Below are positions 49,059 through 61,878 of a stretch of DNA of 64,000 bases, piece after piece; the first letter of the stretch is position 1; each line of letters opens with the position of its first letter. The translations under genes and the position numbers were made by a program. The notes below the pieces were generated by a model. The model was given only the letters and a program-made list of their open reading frames with translations. It had not been told where the DNA came from and searched no databases. The DNA is from Octopus bimaculoides (lineage: Eukaryota), in NCBI RefSeq assembly GCF_001194135.2, contig NC_068986.1, positions 109,533,255-109,597,254 of the forward strand, given 5' to 3'.

Positions 49059-50539
49059 GTATATAAATGTGTGTTTGTTAACAAGAGAAGAGAAGGATGG
49101 GAGTAAACGAGTTTGCAGGTGTGAAGATCATTTAAAGAGATTTCTACCTTCTGGCGTTTAGTGTTATTCTAAAACAATATCTTCTGATAAATTAGTTTAA
49201 TCTTCAATAATTATAGACCGAATTATATGTCATCCCAGCCTGTATTACATACAATACTGTTGTCTGTGGATGAATTATTTCTGTTAGGTTCTGTTTATTG
49301 AATTTCATTAGGCTTGCTGTTATGGGAAACCATAAGATAAAGTCACTCCGATTCGTTAATATGTCTCTAAAGAGTTTTGTTAATAATATGAAAGAATCAA
49401 TACAGATATATAGAAGAGAAATTTTAGCTTTGAAGTTTTAAAGGATTATAAAATTCATTTCAAAATAAGGGTCAAAATAACAAAAGATCATTGATAAAGA
49501 ATAGAATAGAATAGCTTCTATCAGAAATAAAAGATATTTGGAGATGTGGAGACATTTGAAAAAAGCAGCATCAAAGTAAATGCTAAAATGAAACTTAAAA
49601 GCAGAATAATAGAAGTAAGAATATTACAATGAATTCTGGCATCAGATCAGCGAAGAAAGATCAGTCAGTATGGTTTGAAATCCATGTGAAAGGATAACAA
49701 GAGATCAAGAATTTAGGATGGCTTTTGGGGACGGTTTAGTTGGATTTGTCTGTGGTATTCTTCAAACACAAAAAGTTGACTAAGATGTGTACATTGTAAA
49801 GTACTGCTATTGTTGTTGTTGATGCAGTGGTGGTGGTGGTAGTGGTGGTGGTGGTATAGTCCATGGTTAGTTTTAGTAAAGAAGACTTAAGTCTTGTAAT
49901 CAAACCAGCAGTCAAATCATTGGACACAGTCTTCACTTTAAGCACTCCAGATATAACAGCAAGAGGATTATGCTTTACACTCTAATATGCTATAGATTAT
50001 CCTATAATATAGATTATCTGATGGACTAAAATTTGCTAAGTAATGACGATCTATATCAGCAACAATTAATCAAAGAATTTACCATGAAGACTGTAGAACC
50101 TGATAATGATTTCGCTCTTTGTCTAAGAATGTGGAAAGGAGGAAAAAACTGCTGTTGTGACTTGGGCTGGAAGCAGTAAAAATTATTCTTACTTGCCGCC
50201 AGCACAAATGATGTTTTTTACCTCTTTTCCTCACTCTCAAATGAAGAATAAAGTCTGAAACATTAGACTCTCTGTCCTTCACCTCTTTAATATGCAGTGA
50301 CCAAGAATAGGAAATGTGGACATGTTAGGTTTTCTCCATTGTCTAGTTAGTGTCTTCCTGAATGTGTATTCAAGGGTTGCTGGTAGTGAGCATAGACACA
50401 GCAGACAAGATAGACTTAGCCCACACAATTTAAAGAATTAATTTTAAAATAAAGGTTCTTTAATGCTTCAGTTAGAGTTTACAGTTTATTTTGTTAATGG
50501 CTGAGTTATCAGGAGAAGGTCAACATCCACTGGTCTTAT

Positions 50540-50921
50540 TGTGGCACTCCACTGGTTATGACGATGAGGGTTCCAGTTGATCCGATCAACGGAACAGCCT
50601 GCTCGTGAAATTAACGTGCTAGTGGCTGAGCACTCTACAGACACGTGTACCCTTAACGTAATTCTCAAGGAGATTCAGCGTAACACGGAGTGTGACAAGG
50701 CTGGCCCTATGAATTACAGGCGCAACAGAAACAGGAAGAAAGCGTGAGAGAAAGTTGTGGTGGAAGAGTACAGCAGGGTTCGCCACCACTCCCTGCCGGA
50801 GCCTCGTAGAGCTTTAGGTGTTTTCGCTCAATAAACACACACATTGCCCAGTCTGGGAATCGAGACCGCAATCCTGTGACTGCAAGTCCACTGCCCTAAC
50901 CACTGGGCCACTGCGCCTCCA
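50540..50921 (-). mobile_element. SINE family D with a 12-bp TSD
   Basis: Reverse complement of 16934-17315. TSD cactggtcttat at 50528-50539 and 50922-50933. Confidence 0.88.
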
Positions 50922-51793
50922 CACTGGTCTTATAGGATGATCGTGAGAGAGAAGAAGAACCCGTAATTGAAGGTTTATCCTCAACCAGAGACACAGTTTG
51001 AATGCTTGCATTGGAATGGAGCACGATAAAGACAGTTCAATGCCTAGTGGTGGCTTTAAATAGAATGAGGGACTTAAGCAGACTGCCAAGGAACAATGCA
51101 GCCGTCTGCACAGTTGTGTTGACCTAATTTTACTTACAAGGGCACAGTAGATTGAACAGGGTTTGAACCTGAAACATTGTGATTGCTAAAGAAATAGCAG
51201 CCACATTGTCTTCAAATCAAACTAAGGTCACATTAGGTATTGTAGCCCTAAATGGAGGGTGGGGATATACATGGTTGGAATAACTGATTATAGCATTGGT
51301 CTACAAGGTCAGAATGTCTCCATATATGTCATGTGATGACAAAAAAAAAAGAAAATTACAAACAAAAAACAAAAACTACTTTCATCAGTGATGGTCCTTA
51401 TTTCATTGGGAAGTCTATTGTAGTTGTTTGCGCTACCATATTTGCCAGATTCTAAGTCAGACACACACACGAAGGCGATAACTATCTAAATTACAGTGAT
51501 CTATAGTTTCAAACAATTTACTCATCTAATTTTCTCTCTCACAGAATATCAACATTATAAGAACTATTTTGCTTTTCATCAGGTTGAGCAGAAACAACAG
51601 AATTCAAGGCAAATTTTCATGTGGAAATAAATTAGAAAACTGTTATAGCAAGCATTAATATATTTATCTATTTTTCTGATAATAATAACATTCATAGATA
51701 CAGCTAAGGAAATTATTTTATTCTCAAACACAGGATAATGCTAATAATATAGCATGAACAGAATAAACTATTCATATTTTGCAGAAAAATTTT

Positions 51794-51870
51794 CGGCAGC
51801 CAGCCATGAGACTTGAACTCACATCCCTATGATTACGCGTCAAGTGCTTTACCATTAAGCTAAAACTGCC
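51794..51870 (-). pseudogene. tRNA-like sequence (Thr-CGT-like pseudo-tRNA or SINE head)
   Basis: GGCAGTTTTAGCTTAATGGTAAAGCACTTGACGCGTAATCATAGGGATGTGAGTTCAAGTCTCATGGCTGGCTGCC. Acceptor, D and T stems form, but N33 is G and 4 extra nt precede the acceptor 3' strand. Confidence 0.6.
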
Positions 51871-51949
51871 AAAACAGCAAATTCTTCTGCAAAATTTAGG
51901 ATATATAAATCTAGCTTTATAAGACACTATCATACATAAATTTGTTTTG

Positions 51950-52025
51950 GGCAGTTTAGCTTAATGGTACAGCACTTGACGTGTAATCACATGGATGTGA
52001 GTTCGAGTCTCATGGCTGACTGCCA
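51950..52025 (+). pseudogene. tRNA-like sequence (Thr-TGT-like pseudo-tRNA or SINE head), divergent partner
   Basis: GGCAGTTTAGCTTAATGGTACAGCACTTGACGTGTAATCACATGGATGTGAGTTCGAGTCTCATGGCTGACTGCCA. A box and B box are intact; the anticodon stem is weak. Confidence 0.6.
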
Positions 52026-54003
52026 ACAGATTTTTCTGCAAAATATGGATAGTTTATTCTGTTCATGCTATATTATTAGCATTATCCTGTGTTTGAGAAT
52101 AAAATTATTTCTTTATAGGTATCTTTCAATACATCTCCAATGCTTCTAAAGCAAACTTTGTTGACTTTCAATGCAAGATGAATTTAACCAACAATAGCAT
52201 TCATGTTAATTTTAGAATTACTAATACCACTGCTTCTACTACTACTATGTAAATGCAGTACCAATTGCATAAAACTTGGTATGACTTGGCATGTTCTCCC
52301 CAGGCATATCTGAACCTATTTAGCTACAGGGACTGACAACGAAGTAGATAGAATCATAGCTGGTATACATGTGTATGTATGTGTGTGCGTGTGTGTGTGT
52401 GTGTGTGTAGGTTGGTGGGTGGATGTGTGCCAATAACCAGCCGTAATTTCTTTCTTAAGCACTCTGTAGTTCTGATGTCAAAAAAGATGGACACATCATT
52501 TGATTGCAAAATAATTTCAACACCTTAAACCAAATGATAGAAAAATAATCTAATGTCATAAGTCTATCATGGAAAGATAATGAGGAATTTATGGGGTTCA
52601 TGCCGCACCCAAACAGACTGCTGAACTAATTAACTATCCAAAGCAGTTGTAGCTAATTAAAACAGGTTTCTGATGAAATGCTATTATGATTGTTGTTTAC
52701 AAAACTTGACCAAGATGGACTGGTGCAAAGAAACTGGGCCTGATGATATGGATCTGAAGAAATTAAGGTTCCATTTTCTACCCCGAAATCTTGGAACTTT
52801 GTTGCTCAAATATGAAATAAGTGATACTGCTAGATTAAGACAATTCTGACCCACCAGTTGTGTGACCCTTTAACATTTCTCTATCCAATGTAATCCTTAT
52901 TTATTCACATTGTTTTGAATGAATTTTGCATTATCTTGTAGCTTTAAGATTTCAATGATGTGATTGGTTTTCTTAGAATGACATTGTAGGGTAGGTGTGA
53001 GAAGACAGATCTGGTCAGTTTGAATGTAAAACTGGCGGAGTATTCTGGCTGGATATGGTCAGTTTAAATGATACAGGGTTAACAAGGAAGGATGTTGACA
53101 TAACTTATAAACTTCACTTTTACATATTTCCTCTCCAAGAGTGGTACAAAGATCAAAATTTCAATATTCTAAACCCAATTAAGAAAAATATTTTTTTATG
53201 CCCAAGATTTTACAGAGAAACCATTTCTATCTAACTTAGTCGCTTCTATTGAGCCATTTTATGGCTACTTGATATTTTAAATAGTGATTGCAGACAAGAA
53301 AAAGAAATGGTGTTTCATAAGAACTTGAGCATGCAATTCTAAATAAAACATGCATAAAGCAATGAATTTTGATATTTTGATGATGGTGGAGGGCAAAGCA
53401 AAATAACACAATACACAGATCATGTAAAATAAAACATCACGGCAATTCTAAGAAAACATGCACCCAGGGGATTACATGGTTAGAAAACTTGTAAGCTCAT
53501 ACATGGAAACTTCAAAAGAGCATTTTATTCCAGGCACATGTGATTGATGGCATTAAACTGCATTCAAGAATATGGTACCAGTACAATCGGTCTACTAAAG
53601 CAGTTGTTAGTAGGACACTAGTGAAAGAAGCAGCCAATTATATCAGAGTTTATTTAAGTATATACTAGAATATATAAGTAGCTTAAAGTAACTAGCAAGA
53701 TATATTCTTTAAGGGGGTTCTTTGATTTGTTGTTGGCAGGGCGTAAGCTCAGGCTGAAGTGACCCCACTTCAAGGTGTATCTGAGCTCATATATAGTGAA
53801 ATAGCGTTACCCTAGTTTTATTCTTCCTTAAATAATATTAAGACATGTAGAATGTTTGGTTGGAGTAAATAACAGACCAATGGCTTGTGACAAGACAAGA
53901 CATCTGCTTCAGTTTGTATTTTCTTTGTGGTAGTATACTTCCATACCTTAGCCCCTGTCCCACCTCCTAGAACCTCACATGTGTAATACAATTATTTATA
54001 ATA

Positions 54004-54420
54004 TCATCATCATCATCATCATCACCATCATCATCATCATTTAACGTCTGCTTTTCATGCTAGCATGGGTTGGACGATTTGACTGAGGACTGGTGAACCA
54101 GATGGCTACACCAGGCTCCAATCTGATTTGGCAGAGTTTCTACAGCTGGATGCCCTTCCTAACGCCAACCACTCCGAGAGTGTAGTGGGTGCTTTTACAT
54201 GCCACCTGCACAGTCCAGCGGTACTGGCAACGATCTCGCTCAAATGACTTTTCATGTGCCACTGGCACAAGTGCTAAGAAGGCGACGCTGGTAACGATCA
54301 TGCTCGAATGGTACTCTTAGCGCTCCACTGGTACAGGTACCATCACAATTTCGTTTTCGCTTGCCTCAACAGGTCTTCGCAAGCCGAGTTTAGTGTCCAA
54401 TGAAGGAGACGTTGACATGG
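54004..54420 (-). mobile_element. Family C element extending towards the LINE 3' end
   Basis: (CAT)n start, family C core and gtgccac-type sub-repeats. Confidence 0.75.
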
Positions 54421-55182
54421 AGGTCATTCATTGAATTTAGTTTGCAATTATTTATAATATTTAATTGTAATACAATTATTTATAATATTTTTGTTTAGAT
54501 GAGAAGCAACTGGTTTTATTGTTAGTCAGATAATTACTAATAAAAACTAGCATTGCTAAAATAACAGGAAAAGACATCAAATATGTACAGAGTTAGTAGA
54601 TTTATAATATTATTAGACATATATATTTAGCATCAGTGCATCAATTCAATTGCATTTAATACAGAAATACTAACTGAATTGCTACAGTCGGCACAAAAGG
54701 CTGCCAATGTTGATAGCAAAGTCAACCAGGTTTGAAGTTATTTCTACTGAAAGAAGAACTAGAAAATAACTAAAATGTTGCTCACACCCATATCAGTGTT
54801 AAATAGGATTATAATAGACAACAGATTTACATACCAATTCTCCTATAAGGAATTTGGAATAACAAAGCTGGTTCTTTATGATTCTTGAATATGGTCAGTG
54901 TACTATTCTCTACTGCTCTGAGATTCACCAACCATAACCATCATGATCCTACCATGACCATCACCACCTTACATATAATCCACCTGATGCACACATTTCT
55001 TCTTTTACCATATTCCCATTGTTCCCCATATTCATGAACTATGGTCCCTAATCCTTCTTCCCTAATCCTTCTCCCTGCCACAAACACTGTCCAGCAGAAG
55101 CTGAAGCTGAACTTTAGCTACACTGACCCTTATTAGTTGGCAGGAACTATAGACATAAGTCTATTTTCTTCCTCAGGTTGTC

Positions 55183-55387
55183 AGTACCGCTGGACTGGCC
55201 CTCGTGCCGGTGGCACGTAAAAAGCACCCACTACACTCTTGGAGTGGTTGGCATTAGGAAGGGCATCCAGCTGTAGAAACTCTGCCAAATCAGATTGGAG
55301 TCTGGTGTAGCCATCTGATTCACCAGTCCCCAGTCAAATCGTCCAACCCATGCTAGCATGGAAAGCGGACGTTAAATGATGATGATG
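55183..55387 (+). mobile_element. Family C element, inverted relative to 54004-54420
   Basis: cagtaccgctggactgg...gtgccggtggcacgtaaaaagcaccca...gacgttaaatgatgatgatg. Confidence 0.8.
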
Positions 55388-56487
55388 AACAAAAATTAGG
55401 GTTGAAAAGGCAAAACATTCTATTCTGTACCTATGGGCTGACTCAAAGAGTTTGATCAGTAAATTCCATGCTAGAAGCTATGCAGCTTTAAGATTTAGCT
55501 ATCATTTATATATCTTATACCGATTTATAATAATGTCTGCAACTATTTCACTTTGATCATTATCGGTGTATTTTCTTTTAAGACAGAACAAAAAATTAAT
55601 TTCTAATTTTGCCAAAGATACAAATAAATATGAAAGTTAAACATAAGCCATCATTGATGTCTGACCCAGGAACCACAAATGGTTAACATAAACACAAGGC
55701 CACAAATTTTAGGGAAGGTGTAATTGTTTAAACTTTCAAAGTACTTGACTGGATCGTTTTATCAACTCATGAAGAATGAAAGTAAAAGGAAAATTTGGTC
55801 TTGACAGAATTTGATATCAGATCCTAAAGGACTCTAAATACTTTAATGATTCTGCTGCATGACTAACTAATTAGCAAGATGTTTCTCAGTATTATAGACA
55901 TAAAAATGTTTAATGAAAATGTAAAAATATAGAATAATTAATGTCAACAATTTGGAAAATGTACATAAAAAGCAGAGAGATGTTTATCAGAATTTTAATA
56001 AGATGTGTTGGATATGATATGAAGAAATGATGTTGGTAGAGACTTTGGAAATATAATATTTTAAGGGAAAAGGGAAAATACAGTTATTAGAGAGAAGAGA
56101 AAGCAGAAAATAATGAGTGAAATTTGCAAAATGAGCTGACAGAAATACATGATGGATGAGGGTGAGAAGTGGTCATGCATGGAAAGGTTACGAATTGAGT
56201 AAGGAGATTCACAGAGTGTGACAGAAAATATGTATGATGGGGGTGTGGGGTAACAAGTGTCCATGCTTTGTAAGACTGTAAGTGTTCTTCAAGGTGGTTA
56301 AGAGGTGTTCACATTTCCAGGGTTTTGCAGGGAGAAAACACATGGCTTACAAAAGAAGCCAGAAGACATGGTGCCTTGCACAAACTGAACTGTGGATGGT
56401 GCAGCAAGAAACAGCAGGTCCAAGAGGAAGAAAAGAGCGGTAATTTACCAAAGAGCTGGAAAGTGTTCAAACATTCAAGCTTCTCAC

Positions 56488-56620
56488 ATTGTTCATCTTT
56501 GCTTCGACCTAATTCCATCACAAGATGACGAACTTTCTCTGGAATCTTGCCTTTGTAACTCTCCAAGATTAAGTGTTTAATCTCCTTGCACCATTTTACT
56601 TTCTGGTCAATGTTCCTTGC
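56488..56620 (-). CDS. PLEKHG1: PLEKHG-like PH C-terminal helix exon
   Basis: ttttttaaag|GCA...T|gtgaga, 133 nt, phase 0-1. Encodes ARNIDQKVKWCKEIKHLILESYKGKIPEKVRHLVMELGRSKDEQ. Confidence 0.88.
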
Positions 56621-56905
56621 CTTTAAAAAAGATTAAAATTGGTAAATAAATTAACTTCTAGAAATTACCTGAGATATTTATGTATACTTGACATAAAGAA
56701 TTGGACAGTTTTTGTCAATTTCTTTTTAAATTCTTGTCTTTTTGTCACCAGAATTATATTGAAATATACCATTTCAACTTATTTTGAAAATAACTAAGAA
56801 TTTGAAGGGATTTATTAGTAGGAATAAAGAATAGCTAAATTATTTTCATAATAATTACTGGTGTTTAGAATTAAGATTAGCAATGGACTTAAGGAATGGA
56901 CTTAC

Positions 56906-57001
56906 CTGTAAAGTATGCATTGACTTGGGATTATCAAAAGGGATAACTTGAAAACTAAGAGGTTCCTTTGGAATACTTTCAATCAACATCAGATTAGCAC
57001 A
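56906..57001 (-). CDS. PLEKHG1: PLEKHG-like PH-domain exon
   Basis: ttttgactag|TGT...CAG|gtaagt, 96 nt. Encodes [32 protein letters not shown] (CxNLMLxE..KEPLSF motif). Confidence 0.9.
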
Positions 57002-57210
57002 CTAGTCAAAAGAGACAAGATTGTAGCAAAATTAGTACTTGTGATATCTGAATAAGTTAACTTAGGGGTTTGGTAAAGAGCCCGATAAAATAAGTACCTG
57101 GCCTAAACAATAAAGTAATGGGATTGATTTGTTTGACTAAACCCTCTGAGACAGTACCCCAGCATGGTCGCAGTCCAATGGCTGGAACAAGTAAAATATG
57201 TGAGTGTGTG

Positions 57211-57422
57211 TTATTTCTTTACTACCCACAAGGGGCTACACACAGAGGGGACAAACAAGGACAGACAAATGGATTAAGTCGATTATATCGACCCCAGTGT
57301 GTAACTGGTATTTAATTTATCGACCCCGAAAGAATGAAAGGCAAAGTCGACCTTGGCGGAATTTGAACTCAGAACGTAGCAGCAGACGAAATACCGCTAA
57401 GCATTTCGCCCGGCATGCTAAT
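57211..57422 (-). mobile_element. SINE family B, slightly 5'-truncated
   Basis: Near-identical to 48829-49058. Confidence 0.85.
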
Positions 57423-58458
57423 GTGTGTGTGTGTACGTATAAAATGGCATGCCATTGGGCAATGCTGTCCAGTAGCATATTGATATTGGCTCTTATGCAA
57501 CATGATGTAGCCTGATGATTTGAGAGCTTCTCTGTTGTGTTCTGCAGTATCTTATAAATATTGCGCTTCAATACATATCATGTTACAATGCAATAAAATC
57601 TCTTAGTGAAATGATTATAGCGATACCATATAATCTATTCATTTGTGTTTTTATTGCTATATGTATGTGTATGCTGCATGTGTGTCCAGTGGTTGAGATC
57701 ACTAATATAAGATGAACAACCGATTAGAGTTCCAGTTGCATTGCTTCTGAATTTCCATGATTCTTTGTCACCATCCAATTCTACTGTTCATTGGAATTGG
57801 GAGCTTGAGTCATAACGAGTCTTTCCTGAGCTGATCATACACCCATGACCACCACCCCCATGAATACATTACAATTCCTCTCTTGATACAGTTTGGTCAT
57901 TCTGATTATTAATCTTCTGGAATTCTTCTGCTCAGCATCAATATGAGAAGTATCATTGGCTCAGCTGAGTTCTTCCACTGCCTCTTCACAATCTGCTACA
58001 CTGCAGACCCATGATTTATTAGTACTTGAAAGATCCAGACTCTTAAAATTCAACTTCTAAACCGGGGCAAATATAATTCCACAAAAGAAGAATTGTCTGT
58101 AAGAACTGCAGAGCTCAAGTGTATAAAAAAAAAATTAAAAAATGGACAAACACATATGTAAGTGGCATTATATCATTTATAAAAAATGTTATATAAATGT
58201 AACAATAAATAAAATTAACAAAGCAAAAATATGCAAATTAGTGTGCATACTGATGCAATAATATATATTAACCAAGCAGAAATTATTATCAACATACAAA
58301 TATGGAACATCAGTGCCCCAGTATGGCCACAGCCTTTAGGCTGAAACACGTAAAGGAAAGAAAGAAGGAATGAATGTATGTACATACATACATATTATAG
58401 GAACATTTAATTTATCCAAACATATTACACTTAAATCAACTGAATATAAATGCATATA

Positions 58459-58489
<31 letters not shown>

Positions 58490-59221
58490 TGTATACATAT
58501 ATGTTAAGAAGCCATTAACTATTAAAGAGAACTATATATAATTGTAAGCACATTCGTTCTGTGTTTTGATGCATGGAAAAAAAACATAGGAGGGGGAGTC
58601 TCCTGACAGACCATCTCATAATTTGCAGATCACTCCTCAGAGAAGACAAAAATCTTCTTTTCGAATTGATAGCATAACATGTAAGTGTGTGTTTTGTATA
58701 TTGATAATATCGATATTATTGATACAAGCATGATTGAGTTTAAGAGGTTCTCTTCACAACTCCTTGGTTCTAAGAGATTCCATTGTGTAACATTTTAAGC
58801 AAGTATCTTCATTCATAGCTTCAGACTGACCAATACCTTGTGAATGGAATTTGGTTAATGGAAACCTACCATCTGTCTATCTTTCCATCAAATTGATCAA
58901 TGTATCCATGTGTGTGAGTGTGTGCACGCACTTGCATGTGAATGTCTATGTACGTGTATACATCTTCCACCAATTATGTTACCACGGGATACAAACACCC
59001 ATAACAAAAACAAAAATGTAAGACGGAAACTTTATTGATGAAGTTCCCTTGAGATATTTGTTCTGCACTAAGAGACACTCACTCCCTTGTTCTCACTGTT
59101 TAATGGTGACAAGTGATTGGCTTATTGGAAGGCTGTAATCCACACAATTGATCACTTAATTGCAAAACATAATTGATTAAGAATTATAAATAAGGTCAGA
59201 AGATTAGATAATTAAACTTAC

Positions 59222-59338
59222 CTCAATAAAGGTCTTACAACTCAGCATCCCCTCTTCTTTTTTCTTGGCAATAAGTACAGCTTTCTCAAACAAAAACACA
59301 TGTCGATACGTTTTGGTCCCACAGAGCCGAAAGGATCC
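59222..59338 (-). CDS. PLEKHG1: PLEKHG-like PH-domain exon
   Basis: ttttcacag|GGA...GAG|gtaagt, 117 nt. Encodes GSFRLCGTKTYRHVFLFEKAVLIAKKKEEGMLSCKTFIE. Not in the ORF track; found by manual translation. Confidence 0.88.
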
Positions 59339-59439
59339 CTGTGAAAAACAAGAAACAAAAACCTTTAACAGATAGTATTATATTTGTAAATTCAGCATCT
59401 TTCCACTGAACTCCTCTCACAAATGAGAATACTATAAAT

Positions 59440-59632
59440 GAACCTGACCAGAATTCTTGTCTGGTACTGGATTGATCCCCAAATCTAATCAGTTCGTGCC
59501 AGTCACGAGGCCAAACATCCCTGAAAGTTTCATTTGAATCCATCCAGTGGTTCTTGAGATATCTTGTCCACGGACAAACAAGCAAACACAACTGAAAACA
59601 ATACCTCCGCTTTCGCTAAGGTGGAGGTAATA
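59440..59632 (-). mobile_element. Non-autonomous element with a terminal hairpin (Helentron/DINE-like, inference)
   Basis: Hairpin tacctccgc...gtggaggta at 59602-59629, then (tttg)-type repeats and gatgaaactttcaggg on the minus strand. A related remnant lies near 1715-1850. Confidence 0.5.
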
Positions 59633-60448
59633 ATAATAATGATGATGATGGTGATGGTGATGATGATGATGAAGATGATGATGATGATGATTATAATAGA
59701 CAATTATTCCTGTGGTAATTTGTGCACTTGGCACAACATCCAACTGAGAATTACATTGCTAACCTGCAAAAAAATGCCATTCTATATTCTTCAAGAGTCC
59801 TAAGAAAGATTCTTGAGATTTAAGAAGACTTGTTATCACCAAACCGCAATTCCTGTTAATTGAATTAGTGTGCACTACCTTGATAATAATAACAACAACA
59901 GCTGGTATAAATGCTGGTTGGTTGTTTTCTCCAGTAATGCTTTACATCATATATATATAGAGAGAGAAAGAGTGAAAGAGAGATAATATAAGAGGGACAG
60001 GATAACTGCACCATCTAGGCTTGGTGGCAGGCAATGAGTAAAGAGATGCTACAATACAGAAATAGAAAGAATCAAACAGAAGGGAGAAAAGAAAACAAAA
60101 GAGAGAGAGCGTGTGTGTGTAAAGAAAAAAGATGTACAGTAAGGTTAAAACAATTATTATAAAGCTTTTAGATGAATGAAAAGGCAAATAAGTGATGTAT
60201 TTCATTTAGATATATTGAATATTTTGAAATTAAAATCTAACTCGTTTACTAACTGGGAGCTATTCCAGGAAAATGAAAAAGCATCTGTAAAGTGGTTGGT
60301 GTTAGAAATGGCATCAAGCCGTAGAAACCATACCAAATTAGACAATAGAGTACAATGCAATTCTTGGGCTCATTGGACCCTACCAAACCATCCAACCCAT
60401 TCTAACATGGGAAATGGATGCTTAGTGATGATGATGACAGTAACTAAC

Positions 60449-60649
60449 CTCTAAAACAAGGTCTCCTAATGTGGTGAGATCAGCTCCATCATATTCCAAC
60501 AATTGACTTTGAATTTCTTGGACATGTACTGCATGTTCGTGCTTGCGTTTCATTTCGTTAATGTGTTGTGCCATGCTAGTCATGTGGTTCAACGCCTGGC
60601 ACAAAACATTATAACCGATTCTTTCTTCATCGTAATGTTTTAAGATGTT
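60449..60649 (-). CDS. PLEKHG1: PLEKHG-like exon, end of DH and start of PH
   Basis: 201 nt, phase 0-0. Encodes NILKHYDEERIGYNVLCQALNHMTSMAQHINEMKRKHEHAVHVQEIQSQLLEYDGADLTTLGDLVLE (INEMKRKHEHAV...GDLVLE is characteristic of PLEKHG1-3). Confidence 0.92.
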
Positions 60650-61088
60650 CTGAAAATAGAAGAGGAAAAGAAAAGAAATAGAGAAATAACAATAACATTT
60701 TTTGTGAACGCAAAGCATATAACGCTGTATTGGATGTGGTTACATACCACTAATCACAGTGCACTTTCTCGCATTGTTGGAGCTTTCAAATGAACCCCCC
60801 CCCCACTGGTTAGATAAGCAGGTTGGCCATCTTTCCCTCCTAATGGAATACTAATCCATTCCAGAGTTACACATTTACAGCTGATTGTAATCTTGAAATG
60901 AGAAGAATATATTGGTTGGTTGTGGTTCTAAAGGTATTTTATGGGGAGTGGGGAGGAGGGATGATTACAGTTCGAACTTATTTGGACACTAGTCTGCTTG
61001 GTCAGAGATGACTTAGGATTAAAGAGTAACAACATAATTCATCACATTTTACTTGTTAGCATTCAATATTTCAATGTTTCTAATTTAC

Positions 61089-61239
61089 CTGAAGAAGAAG
61101 ATGGTATTTGAGTACACGCTGCACTGGTTTCAGTAAATAAGCTCCCAACGGAAGAACATGACTGAGGATCAACTGACGCTGTTTGAAGATGTCGGCCAGA
61201 TTTTGATGAGACATGCAATTCGTTAGAGTTTCTACAGCA
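61089..61239 (-). CDS. PLEKHG1: PLEKHG-like DH-domain exon
   Basis: Phase 2-0. Encodes (C)AVETLTNCMSHQNLADIFKQRQLILSHVLPLGAYLLKPVQRVLKYHLLLQ, containing the Dbl-family LLKPVQRxLKYHLLL motif. CAG|gtaaat donor. Confidence 0.92.
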
Positions 61240-61454
61240 CTGTTGAAATGTAAGACAATGATTAATTTCAGGTGTAAACTTGTTGGGTCCATCAAATACA
61301 TACACATATAATAATAGAATATAATGAGATTACAGTATAAAGTTCTCAGGTGTAGTACAACTTAAATCAGAAAAGGTTAAAAGAGGGGACAGAAAGGAGA
61401 GATACAAGTCAAGTAAGAAAGACATCGATGAAAGCTAGAAATACATGTACAGTT

Positions 61455-61600
61455 GGCACTCTGTCGCTTACGACGTCGAGGGTTCCAGTTGATCCGATCA
61501 ATGGAACAGCCTGCTCATGAAATTAACATGCAAGTGGCTGAGCACTCCACAGACACGTGTACCCTTAACTGCCCTAACCACTGGGCCATTGCGCCTCCAC
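61455..61600 (-). mobile_element. Internally deleted family D SINE (head fused to tail)
   Basis: The 3' segment (...acacgtgtacccttaac) is joined directly to the head (tgccctaaccactgggccattgcgcc). Confidence 0.75.
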
Positions 61601-61761
61601 TGAGATGTACATAGTTTCTGAGGAAAAGACAAGATGGTCACAGGTGGACTGTCTTTGCCCAAAAGTCTGCTTAATTAGGGTTGATTTGGGGCTAAACACA
61701 AAACATACACACAAAGAGAAAGAGAAGGGGTTGTCAGTGTATAAGATCTAAAAGTACTTAC

Positions 61762-61878
61762 CATGGATAATTGGTGCAGTAATTACCATAAATAACAAAC
61801 TTGTCTTTGTTCTTCACAAAACATTCAGCAACTTTCAGGGGTTCTCCATTACTGTGTTCCAACTCTTCTAGAAATTCT
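61762..61878 (-). CDS. PLEKHG1: PLEKHG1/2/3-like RhoGEF, DH-domain exon
   Basis: ttttgttttcag acceptor and TG|gtaagt donor. Encodes EFLEELEHSNGEPLKVAECFVKNKDKFVIYGNYCTNYP (YCTNYP DH motif). The symbol names the family, since the vertebrate paralog cannot be chosen. The 5' exons lie beyond the window. Confidence 0.88.

Noticed and set aside
49380-49720. Purine-rich stretches suggestive of old LINE coding remnants (also about 37600-37900, 55950-56300, 57720-58100)
   Set aside because: Too degenerate to assign a family or reading frame by eye.
51794-52025. Calling the two tRNA-like units functional tRNA-Thr genes
   Set aside because: G at position 33, a poor anticodon stem and a 4-nt insertion between the T stem and acceptor stem; reported as pseudo-tRNA instead.
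54834-54850. Possible 8-nt microexon (ccttatag|GAGAATTG|gtatgt)
   Set aside because: After the phase-1 T of exon 56488 it creates an immediate TGA, and the flanking exons already join in frame.
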